Shown: positions 52,052-61,132 of the stretch, in pieces
Position numbering within the stretch: the first letter of the stretch is position 1
Layout of the letters: every line of letters starts with the position of its first letter
IMG/VR virus record: IMGVR_UViG_3300020202_000062
Span: 32,001-96,000 of that record
Length of the DNA: 64,000 nucleotides
Strand: one strand, 5' to 3'
From: a virus
Notes under the pieces: model-generated
The model's input: only the letters and a program-made list of their open reading frames with translations
Databases searched by the model: none
Told to the model about the DNA's origin: nothing
Made by a program: the position numbers and the translations under genes

Positions 52052-52470
52052 TAAATACCCCTCGTTTCTACCCATCTAGTCCCTAGGGTTTGACGCATTG
52101 CTAAGAGTGCCTCATAAAGGTTACCGTCTACATATTCTGATTCGTCCACAGCAATCATGTCCACGTTTTGCGCATGTGTCGATCGACTATTGCCATTGCT
52201 AATGAACTTGATATAGCCCCCACTATATCGAAGCATGTCGCCGGTAAATGTCAAGCCTGGCAGATCTTTCAGTTCTTCTACTAGCATATCTTTTAGCATC
52301 CTGGTATTGGACATCATGGGAGCAACCACAAGCACACGGGTATCTGAATTGCATCTTACAAACTGAGCAACATGGCTGACCAACATGGTGCTTTTACCTG
52401 TACGACGATCACCCGCAATCTCTAATCTACTCATCTTCTTCGTCTTCCTCATCTTCATCGCAGTCATCAC
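52051..52470 (-). CDS. Short stand-alone terminase/helicase-like P-loop domain
   Basis: 'RRTGKST' and 'AVDE' within about 130 aa. Confidence 0.55.
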   Translation of the reverse strand: MMTAMKMRKTKKMSRLEIAGDRRTGKSTMLVSHVAQFVRCNSDTRVLVVAPMMSNTRMLKDMLVEELKDLPGLTFTGDMLRYSGGYIKFISNGNSRSTHAQNVDMIAVDESEYVDGNLYEALLAMRQTLGTRWVETRGI

Positions 52471-52778
52471 AAGTACAGATGTCTGCTGTCAACTCAATGA
52501 ACTGAGTGCCTAGATCGTGGAACATTCGGAAGATGCTGATAGCCTCTTCGGGGAACTTCAACTTGTCGTCTAGGGCGTCCACAATCATTGCGGTAACCTG
52601 TAGTGCCACACTGTTTATGATCTCTAGTGTGTGAGCCATTTCCTCTACTTCTACAGGCTCTACCTTGAAGTCGTTGTTCGCAAGAATGTCTTGGAACTGC
52701 GACTCAAACTCTTCTTCTTCCATCTTCTTCCTTAACTAGAAGGGGGAGTATTTCAACTCCCCCATTCTATCTTCTAGG

Positions 52779-54797
52779 TTACTTTACGGGCAACTCACAG
52801 GTGTCATTTGAGCAGAATTTATCTCCGTCTGCGTCCTGTGCGTCAGGATTATCGTAGAGCCTATCCCAATTGATTGGCTTTACTTTCTTGGTTCTGACGT
52901 AGAATTCATCCGTAGGCATTGCTTCGTATGGCATCTGCGGGTAAGCGCCCTCTTCCCTCATAGGAAGGAATGACACTGACTTTAACTGACCCTCTACTGC
53001 ACGCAGTAGTGACTCAATCTGGTCTGCCTCGTGCTCACCAAAGGTTAGTGTAACAGATACTTGGTTGTCGCTCCAATAACGTTGGGCGAGAATGGCAAGA
53101 TGAGCCTTCTCCCAAAGTGAGACTTCCTTCTCGGTTCTGACAGCAGGACCAAGAGTGGGTAGTTCCACTACAGAAGTATACTCGGGTGTCATAACGTCGT
53201 CTTCTACGTGGTAGCCTGCGCGCTTTAATTCCTTGATGATTGGATCTGTGTGGCTTAGGCGCATCCTACGAATGTAGGAGTCGAAGACTGGCCAGTGGAC
53301 ACCGGGGGTAGCGCCTGCGAGGAGGCTTACGGTTCCTGAAGGCTTTACTGAAGTGGTCTTGATTGACTCACGTACAGCGAGCCACTCTGAGTACTGCTTG
53401 TCCCAGCGAGTAATTTCCTGGTAGCCCAGGTTCAACCAAGTACGCAATTCAGTCCATCCACGGCTCTCAGCGAACTGAGCAACGCCAGACACTGAACAAC
53501 CGATACGACGGTTACGCTGCATGATGGCATTAGTCTCGGCCCAATGAGTCGGCAGTAGGGTAACAGTCTTGCCGTAGAGGTAAGCGTACTTTAGGGTGCG
53601 CTGGTAATCCTCTAGGCTCTCATGTCTAAATGGGAAAGTCTCTACGAGAGTGCACATCTCATTTGACTCTAGTGACTGTTCAGAGCATGGGTTGGTTCCG
53701 GCTACTCTGTAATCCTTATAGTTCGGTGGGTCAATCAATCGTCCGTAGTCGCGGCAGATGTCTAAGTAGAATAGACCTGGCTCGCCGTTGTCAGCGATAC
53801 GATCAACTAACCAACCGTAATCCATACCTACCTCTGCGAAGATGGAATTGTTTGAGGTCCATCCCCACTCAGCACGATATGGGTTCTGCTCGTAGTTCTT
53901 TAATTCTAGGAAGTCCTTGTCGTCAGCATCGCCCAGAGCAATCTCTGCTGTCCTGCGGCGACCGCCTGACACTACACAGCGACCGATCATATTCTGCAAG
54001 TCTACGATGTCAGCAGACGTGATCTTCGTACCCTCGCGACCAGTGAACAACTTGCGGATGTTGTTGTGTAGTTCGATCAGAGGATTCGGTCCTGGCGCAA
54101 TGCCACCGAAGGTCTTGATTGGTGCGCCTTCTGGACGGATCTCGGAGTAATCAAAAAGAACAGTTGGTCGACTTGAGAAGAAGTACGACTCAAGTAGGTG
54201 ACCCAATGACTCAGCCCAACCTTCACGGCTGTCTGGAATAACAAAAGTCCACGACTCAGTGGTGGGTTCGTGGATCTCTAACTTACCTGCTCCCTTTGTA
54301 TCGAATCCAACGCCAGTACCGAGCATGGACATCTCCATAAGTCTGGTGAATGGATTGATTGCCTCTGTCACATTGCGAGAAGAAATCTTCTCAGTGCTCA
54401 AGAAACTGCAATTCTGTAGTGGTGATGAATCCTTGTACTTGTTAACCAGGATTGTGCCCATGTGCTCAATGCCACGGCCAGGTGGTAACCACTTGAATTG
54501 GAACATCCTCTCATATGCTTCCTTAGCAGAACGCTGGCCCTGTGCCTCGTTCCATGGTAGACGCATAGACTTGATGTGGTCTTTCTGAATTGAGTACATA
54601 CCCTCAATAACGCGGCGGCATGTCTCGTACCATCTTTCTTTGGTGCCATCTTCCTTCTTGCGGCTGTACTTGGTGAAGAAGGTAAGTTCACCCAGAGTGT
54701 TGCCACCCCCAATGCCGAAACCCCAATCAACCGGACGGGTTCGAAACTCTTCGATAAAGTCTTCGGGTAGTCTAAATGATAAGTAATCATCACTCAT
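52779..54797 (-). CDS. nrdJ: Class II (adenosylcobalamin) ribonucleotide reductase
   Basis: 'PPGRG', 'LQNC', 'TNPCSEQ', 'KPSGTVS', C-terminal 'FCSNDTC'. Confidence 0.93.
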   Translation of the reverse strand: MSDDYLSFRLPEDFIEEFRTRPVDWGFGIGGGNTLGELTFFTKYSRKKEDGTKERWYETCRRVIEGMYSIQKDHIKSMRLPWNEAQGQRSAKEAYERMFQFKWLPPGRGIEHMGTILVNKYKDSSPLQNCSFLSTEKISSRNVTEAINPFTRLMEMSMLGTGVGFDTKGAGKLEIHEPTTESWTFVIPDSREGWAESLGHLLESYFFSSRPTVLFDYSEIRPEGAPIKTFGGIAPGPNPLIELHNNIRKLFTGREGTKITSADIVDLQNMIGRCVVSGGRRRTAEIALGDADDKDFLELKNYEQNPYRAEWGWTSNNSIFAEVGMDYGWLVDRIADNGEPGLFYLDICRDYGRLIDPPNYKDYRVAGTNPCSEQSLESNEMCTLVETFPFRHESLEDYQRTLKYAYLYGKTVTLLPTHWAETNAIMQRNRRIGCSVSGVAQFAESRGWTELRTWLNLGYQEITRWDKQYSEWLAVRESIKTTSVKPSGTVSLLAGATPGVHWPVFDSYIRRMRLSHTDPIIKELKRAGYHVEDDVMTPEYTSVVELPTLGPAVRTEKEVSLWEKAHLAILAQRYWSDNQVSVTLTFGEHEADQIESLLRAVEGQLKSVSFLPMREEGAYPQMPYEAMPTDEFYVRTKKVKPINWDRLYDNPDAQDADGDKFCSNDTCELPVK

Positions 54798-55632
54798 AGT
54801 CTGCTGTTTGCTCCTAGTCGCTTCGTAGTTGCTTGACCAAACTCTGGTTGGTCTTGGATAGTTCTGCCTTCTTGATCTTCAATACCTGCTCGGCAGTATA
54901 GGTCTCGAAAATAATTCGCTCAAAGAAGTAGCCTGTCCTCCAATTGAGAACTTTCTTCAAACGATGCTTTTCCTTGATAAAGATGCTGCAAATTACGTTA
55001 CCTCCATAAGCAAGGACTAGGTTCTTATACCTGCGCTCCATATCTTGCTTATTGTCTGGCGTGATAACTCCTGCGTGATCCGCCTCAGAGTAAAGCCAGT
55101 TGAAGGCTTGGCGAGTTACAGGAGAGTATTCGATAGGATGGACTACACCGAGGCTCAGGCTCTGATTTCTCCACTTTTCGATCTCTGTATCTCTCTCGAT
55201 AACATCCTGTAACAGGCTGAACCAGTCACGCTCGTTGAACTGCGTGTAACTAGAAACCCAATACAGGAGATTCTCAGGCACCTCTGGTACCTTAGTCTTG
55301 TCGTATGAGGGAAGTAGTATAGCACACGAGAGGATCTTCCTCATCATGGCCTTCCTATCTTCGGGTGAATATTGCTTTGATGATAGGCGGCCCCACAGTT
55401 GTGCGATGTGGTGCTGCCAGTCGGCCTGACCGACATATAGGTTCAGATACTTTACTGCGGTATCTACATCTAGACTGTCTGTCTTCTCTTTTACAAGTAC
55501 CTCTGACACGTTTCTCTCCATATGCCTCTTTGTATCTAAAGATATAAAGATGACCCCTTAGAATCGAAGCGGCCCCACCCCGTATGAGGCAGGACCGCTT
55601 CTAGATTTGAAACTCTCTTAAACCATGTGGAG

Positions 55633-55662
55633 AGTATAGCACCCCCGAAGGGGCCAACTCAA
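55633..55662 (-). promoter_or_regulatory. Promoter heading the RNR/replication arm
   Basis: TTGAGT-N18-TATACT with TGn extension. Confidence 0.55.
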
Positions 55663-55959
55663 TTAGAGTACCTTGGTATTCTCCAACTTTTCGTTTGCGA
55701 GTAGGTTCTTGAATTTTAGATTGTAGAATGCAGTTGCTGTTGCGAAGACGATTGGGAGAGTCTTTCCGAGGTCTGCCCAAAAGGTCTCATTGAAAGCCAA
55801 CTCGCCCGTTACGGCTAGGCTGGCTACGGCTGCGATAGCCGATGCAACACCACAGATAAGGGTCTTTAGTTCTCTTGACCAAGAAGGGTTCTTGAGAAGA
55901 GACGTGACCGGTGTGACTACTACTGCACCCAGGATGACTGCGAGAATTTCTGGTGTCAT
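55663..55959 (-). CDS. Holin-like membrane protein
   Basis: Three hydrophobic segments; 'LLKNPSWS...K' pattern. Confidence 0.65.
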   Translation of the reverse strand: MTPEILAVILGAVVVTPVTSLLKNPSWSRELKTLICGVASAIAAVASLAVTGELAFNETFWADLGKTLPIVFATATAFYNLKFKNLLANEKLENTKVL

Positions 55960-56240
55960 ATTATCTTCCCCTTGCGTGTGAAATAGTTGCGGCTAGGATC
56001 CCAATTAAGTGGAATGGGTCTAGCCACGGTAGGAACTTACCAAAGAATAGATGCTTAGTCGTCAAGCCCCATGCCAGAACTACCAACCACCGTGACACTG
56101 GGTCTTCCAGGCCACGGCGGAAGGCTTCGGTAAGTAATTCTTTATCGTTCAGCAAGCCGTACAGATCATACCCAACGACGTAAGCCGTCAGTCCAATCCA
56201 TGCTTTAGTGCCTGCTGGTAGTTTATTCCAGTAACTAAGA

Positions 56241-56855
56241 CTAGATGTTAAGGGCCTTAGCAGAAGGGACGCCTCTCCATTCATTAACCCTATTGTGTCC
56301 ACCGACATTGTCATATCCCTCCGGCTTCAACTGCCCCGAATCATTTAGAGGACGAGGCGTTACTCCCTTGTAAATGTGTGGAGCAAATGCGCCGAATGAG
56401 TTCGCCGTACCTGCTGCATCGACGTTGCGGTATGTGTGTCCTGGATCATTTAGCGGACGAGTGGTCACGCCTCGGTAGGTCCAAGGATCTAATAGCGAGA
56501 ATGAGTTTACACGATCTACGTGCCCAAATCCATTCTTAAATACTGCCTGGCCATCTTCGCCACGCATTGCCATTAGGGTTGAAAGCTTAGTCCACCATGT
56601 TAATTCAGGTCCATTGCCTGAATTCTCTAGAGGGTAACGTGTATCAAGACCGGTGTAACGGCGTGACATCTGGTACCCATGTGGATGGCGGCCAGTACCG
56701 GGGGTGTGATCAGTATTTGGAGCGCCGTCTAGAACATGGCTAGTGTTGTATAGTGACCAGTTAGAATAGACGCCTACACCCTTGTATGGGTGTACACTAT
56801 CGTTTGAATTACGTCCCTTAGTGACTGGCCTTGAACCCTGGTAAAAAAGTGCCAT
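56241..56855 (-). CDS. Hypothetical (possible virion) protein with short internal repeats
   Basis: Y-(R/K)-G-V-T-x-R-P-L-N-D-x-G units. Confidence 0.5.
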   Translation of the reverse strand: MALFYQGSRPVTKGRNSNDSVHPYKGVGVYSNWSLYNTSHVLDGAPNTDHTPGTGRHPHGYQMSRRYTGLDTRYPLENSGNGPELTWWTKLSTLMAMRGEDGQAVFKNGFGHVDRVNSFSLLDPWTYRGVTTRPLNDPGHTYRNVDAAGTANSFGAFAPHIYKGVTPRPLNDSGQLKPEGYDNVGGHNRVNEWRGVPSAKALNI

Positions 56856-56986
56856 GATTGTCTCCCTTGTGTGTAAAATACTGGAGACCGCAGTCGTTCG
56901 TAACTACGGCCCTAAGGTAACCCTAGACTCCAACTGCTCTGCCTCGGGTTCTGCGGTCTCCGCTAGGATAAATAGTAACCTTCGTA

Positions 56987-58243
56987 CTACGTATACTCCA
57001 GAACTAATCCCGACAAAGCCGGTGTACCCTTGCCTACGGTCTTATTGAGGGTAACCTCAACCCAGACTCGATTGGCTGGTGCGCCGGGAGGGGTAGTGAC
57101 ATAGATTCCCGAATTGTAACTTGTCTCATATATCAGCCTATAACTAAACACGTCGTCTAGTTCTGCGGCTGAGACATTCCAGATCTCAGGAGTGATTGAG
57201 TCTACTGACGTAATAGTCTCACCCTGTGGGGCGTCGAAACGGATGATGGTCTTGCCTTCGGCTAGGAACTTCTCATACCTGGCATCGAGTTTAGATAGCC
57301 CATATGAGTAGATTACCTTGCTGGCCTCACGAAAGTAACTCTCCTGCTTCAATGTAATCTTTAAGCCGGTAATGGGCTTGGGATCGAAGTAGAACATCTT
57401 AGGGCCGCAATCTTCGATCGTATCTCCAGACCACGCACCTGGCGCAACCCAACCTACTGCATCTGCTTCTCCATCATACAATTCGTTATTGTTAAGAGGA
57501 AGCCAGTTATCTGTGTCGTTGAGAAGCAAGTCGGTGTCGGTCGTGTAGTATACACCTACGAGTTCTGCGCCCATCATTGGGAAGGGGTTGATATAAACGG
57601 CGTTTGTGTCCTCTGTTACGGCCATATCGGTAGGGAATCTGACGTAAAGATCCACAATAGAGTCTGCGCCATGAGCACTGTTTACGATAACGTTGCGCTC
57701 CCACACCTTGCCAACGTGATTGACAACGGCGAAGTAAGGCTCTGAAGTGTCGATGACGGCGACTGAATCGTCTGCTGTGCCCGAACGCCCTCTAACTACT
57801 GTCTCGAATGTAGAAGGAACTGTAAAGGATCCGTCATTGTTAACAAACTTCAACTTAGACACAGACCCACTAGCCACCTTAGGTAACACAAGAAGTCCTG
57901 CTTGGGACTCATGGTAGCAGCGGTTGACTGATGGAATTGCAAACTGTGTGCCTTCAAATCGTGCGTTATCGATCTGAGATGATGAGTGGAAGGTGAGTTT
58001 GTTTTCGCCCGCCTCAAGCACAGAGATGCGATCCTCTAGGTGGTCTACCATCTCCTGCATACCTACCATATCTTTGAGTAGGCGCTGATATGCACGCGCT
58101 AAGTCTTCGTCGGCTAAGCCGATCTTGTTGTAGAGGTAGATGAGATCCTTGTAGTTCTCCTCGATCCTAGAGTTATAGTCGTCGCTATTGGTAGGACCTC
58201 TACGTTGAGCCGTTCTCTGTTCGGTATATAGACTATCTGGCAT
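56987..58243 (-). CDS. Putative structural (tail/baseplate) protein
   Basis: Coiled-coil N-terminus, beta-rich C-terminus, within the tail module. Confidence 0.5.
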   Translation of the reverse strand: MPDSLYTEQRTAQRRGPTNSDDYNSRIEENYKDLIYLYNKIGLADEDLARAYQRLLKDMVGMQEMVDHLEDRISVLEAGENKLTFHSSSQIDNARFEGTQFAIPSVNRCYHESQAGLLVLPKVASGSVSKLKFVNNDGSFTVPSTFETVVRGRSGTADDSVAVIDTSEPYFAVVNHVGKVWERNVIVNSAHGADSIVDLYVRFPTDMAVTEDTNAVYINPFPMMGAELVGVYYTTDTDLLLNDTDNWLPLNNNELYDGEADAVGWVAPGAWSGDTIEDCGPKMFYFDPKPITGLKITLKQESYFREASKVIYSYGLSKLDARYEKFLAEGKTIIRFDAPQGETITSVDSITPEIWNVSAAELDDVFSYRLIYETSYNSGIYVTTPPGAPANRVWVEVTLNKTVGKGTPALSGLVLEYT

Positions 58244-58635
58244 TACCCCTCCAACTTCCTTACACGTTCACGGAGTGACTCAATGCGTGCACTCAGATTA
58301 TTTAAGCCTTCCAACACAAGATCTTCTTCTCCCGGAGTTGCGTCTAGTTCCCACGCTACTTCCACTCCGGTCATTGCCCCGCCCTCAGTATAGTGGCCCG
58401 TAATATAGTCGAGATTATCTCTTACTATGTCGTACCTTATCTTGAGGGTCTGTATATCATAGTAGAACTGATCCATCTCTAAGTTGATTTTGTAACTCTC
58501 GCGCGGACCACGAAGACGATGACGCCAACGTGTGAAATTCGGCTGATGGACTCGGTTTGTATTGTCTACCGGCTGAAACAGTACACTTTCTGCTGTCTGT
58601 GCATTTACACCCGGACTATAAACTACTAGAGGCAT
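58243..58635 (-). CDS. Putative structural protein
   Basis: 'RLRGPRES' resembles 'RRGPTNS' in the adjacent gene's N-terminus. Confidence 0.45.
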   Translation of the reverse strand: MPLVVYSPGVNAQTAESVLFQPVDNTNRVHQPNFTRWRHRLRGPRESYKINLEMDQFYYDIQTLKIRYDIVRDNLDYITGHYTEGGAMTGVEVAWELDATPGEEDLVLEGLNNLSARIESLRERVRKLEG

Positions 58636-58648
58636 TTTTGTATCTCCC

Positions 58649-61132
58649 TTACAACTTTATTCTATCATACTTAACCGAGTATGGCGATGCTGCACCGTGG
58701 GTGTACACAAATCCGATACCGTTAGTAATCGGGAAGGCGTTTACATACGCTGGGTTAGTGCTGCCTGTGAATGAATCGAGAATCGTACGCGACCCAATCG
58801 ACAGTGTCGACCCGGATCTTGTGATCTTCCGATAAGCCACATCAACGAATCTGCTCGTATTAGTGAAGTAGGCACTACCGAAGACGTAGACATCTCCCGT
58901 TGCAGCCCAGATTGCTGCCCCAAACCCATAAAGACCCGACTCGTAAGCGGTCGTGAGATAGCTGACGGATGCTCTCTCCGTAAATCCAGTAAACGAGGAG
59001 GAGTCCCATACGATAACGTAGTTATTGGGCGTCCCGGCCGAATCTGTTAAGTGTCCGACAATGACGGCACGCGTTCCGTCCCACAGCATTTTCACACCGT
59101 GATTAGCCGTAGTTGTAATAGCATAACCAATCGATACCTCTACCTCCGATGCCCACGTCCAGGCCCCTCCTGAATAGGAGGCCGTACGATATCGAATCCC
59201 TTTGCCCGAACCAACAGCGCCAGCCGACCAAGAGGCGTGAACCCGTTTCGTACTAGAGTCCAGAGCTACGGACGGGAAAGTGTGAGTACTGGTTGCATAA
59301 TCGCCACCAATGACCACTTGCGAAGCGATAGAAGAAAGGCTACCACCGGCAGAGATAGTTCCAAGGTTATATACAGCGTAACAGTCCGTCGTGCCTTTGT
59401 ACGACCGCACAATATGCGCTCTACCGCCGGTACTTTCGGCGTGAACTACTAAATCTGGATAATCGTATGCCGCGCCAGCCTCGGGCATCGGAGTGGAACC
59501 AAGAGGGTCCCACGTTAACGTCGTACGGTCAGAGCTGAAAGTCCCGACCATACCGTAAGTAACTCCGTCTGTACGACCCCCACCTGTTCCCGATTGTTTC
59601 CATACGGCCACAAGTCTCTCTGTGCTACCGCTATCCACATATGCGGCGATCGATCCGTTAGACCACCCAAGAATGTCAGCGGCGTAATATGACCAAGTTA
59701 CACCGCCATCATAGGATCGATAAAATCGAGCAGTAGTTCCAATATCACCTACGACAACCAACGTTCCATCGGAAAGCTGAACGGCCTTCTTCTGGTTACT
59801 GTACGCGGTCGAGGTAGATAGAATACCGATTGAAGAGTCTGAACGAACAGGGAACACATTCTGTGCACCGTCGCCGATAATTGCGTAGAGGAACTCGTCC
59901 GCTCCCGGCGCAGCGTTCCATGTTGCACTCATACTGCTTGTACCGTAGGACATTGTGGCGGTCTGGGGGCTTGAGCCGAAGCTTGGGTTGATCAACTCGT
60001 AGTCTGAATGCCAAACGCTATCAACACTAGTCGGTGTGACATTATCGTTTTCGGAAATAGCTGAAAGGCGTTTGGTTGTGAGGTCTGTTGCTCCGAGCAT
60101 CCAGATATTGCTCGCAAACGGATTTATCGTTTGGCGTTGCGAGATAGTGCTGAAAATTGCAGCCCTGGGTGTAAGGTCGTGCCTCGACTCAATCGTCTGG
60201 GAGGTTCCCGTTGTCCCAACGAAGGCCCCGAGTTTTGACGAGATCCCATCAAGACATAGCGAGATAACACTGTACTGTGTGCCAGCCGTCTCTGCGAAAT
60301 AGATCGTGAACCCATCAGAGTCCATCGATGAATATGCCCCGCGTTGAGATACGGCCTCTGCATCGGTGGGGAGTGCGATGCAGCAGTCGGTGCGCTGCCA
60401 TCTAGATGCGTCCGAAGATGCCTGATTGTCCTCCGACCAAACACCATTAGCCCACTGCTGACCGAACTTGTTCATGGCTCCAAAGCCAAAGTTCGCATTG
60501 ATGGACGAGGCGGGGAGAGATTCTGAGCTGTTAGCATAAGCGTGCAGGACGAGGTCCGGCGAAAACCCGACACCTGTCGCACTACGGTTTCCGGCCGACA
60601 CTCCAGTCGACCAACGAACCACCTTCGCTCCAGTGAGGCCGGAGATGATCATGTAGTTAATGACCTGACCACCAACAGCGTTGGTCGTCCAGTTCAGCCG
60701 CATCGACGTAGATGACGGAAAGGGAGTCGCCCCCATCTCGGCTTCGAAATAAGCACCCGCCCCTGTATTCAGGTCCATGGTGATCGCTTTAGCCGCTGTC
60801 CGCCGCGCCGTCGCACTTGTCGCCTGGTTGTCATCAGACGTAGCGGAGACAGCGTACTGACTGACCGTACCTCCTCCGTTGGCAGCGAAACCGAGAGACA
60901 CGTAATAGTGCGGGTCCCAGGTGCCGGAAGCACCTTGATCGTTGGACGTCCAAAAGACGACTGCCCAAGATCCCGCTGCGGCTGAAGTCAGATCCGTAGC
61001 AATGGTGATGTCCTGATTGCCCGTGGACGCCTGTTTCGTGAATGAGCCGACCTCGACCTTAACGGCACCGAAGTGTGATGCTGTAGTTCCTAGTGGTTTC
61101 ATTATGCGATCAAATCTCCTACCAGTACCCAA
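58649..61132 (-). CDS. Tail fibre/receptor-binding protein with C-terminal BNR/propeller-like region
   Basis: G/S/T/A-rich; Asp-box 'RSYDGGVTW'. Confidence 0.65.
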   Translation of the reverse strand: MGTGRRFDRIMKPLGTTASHFGAVKVEVGSFTKQASTGNQDITIATDLTSAAAGSWAVVFWTSNDQGASGTWDPHYYVSLGFAANGGGTVSQYAVSATSDDNQATSATARRTAAKAITMDLNTGAGAYFEAEMGATPFPSSTSMRLNWTTNAVGGQVINYMIISGLTGAKVVRWSTGVSAGNRSATGVGFSPDLVLHAYANSSESLPASSINANFGFGAMNKFGQQWANGVWSEDNQASSDASRWQRTDCCIALPTDAEAVSQRGAYSSMDSDGFTIYFAETAGTQYSVISLCLDGISSKLGAFVGTTGTSQTIESRHDLTPRAAIFSTISQRQTINPFASNIWMLGATDLTTKRLSAISENDNVTPTSVDSVWHSDYELINPSFGSSPQTATMSYGTSSMSATWNAAPGADEFLYAIIGDGAQNVFPVRSDSSIGILSTSTAYSNQKKAVQLSDGTLVVVGDIGTTARFYRSYDGGVTWSYYAADILGWSNGSIAAYVDSGSTERLVAVWKQSGTGGGRTDGVTYGMVGTFSSDRTTLTWDPLGSTPMPEAGAAYDYPDLVVHAESTGGRAHIVRSYKGTTDCYAVYNLGTISAGGSLSSIASQVVIGGDYATSTHTFPSVALDSSTKRVHASWSAGAVGSGKGIRYRTASYSGGAWTWASEVEVSIGYAITTTANHGVKMLWDGTRAVIVGHLTDSAGTPNNYVIVWDSSSFTGFTERASVSYLTTAYESGLYGFGAAIWAATGDVYVFGSAYFTNTSRFVDVAYRKITRSGSTLSIGSRTILDSFTGSTNPAYVNAFPITNGIGFVYTHGAASPYSVKYDRIKL

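Noticed and set aside
30972-54797. Inteins or introns in dnaE, helicase or nrdJ
   Set aside because: Lengths are normal, and no C...HN-C/S/T splice motifs or LAGLIDADG blocks were seen.
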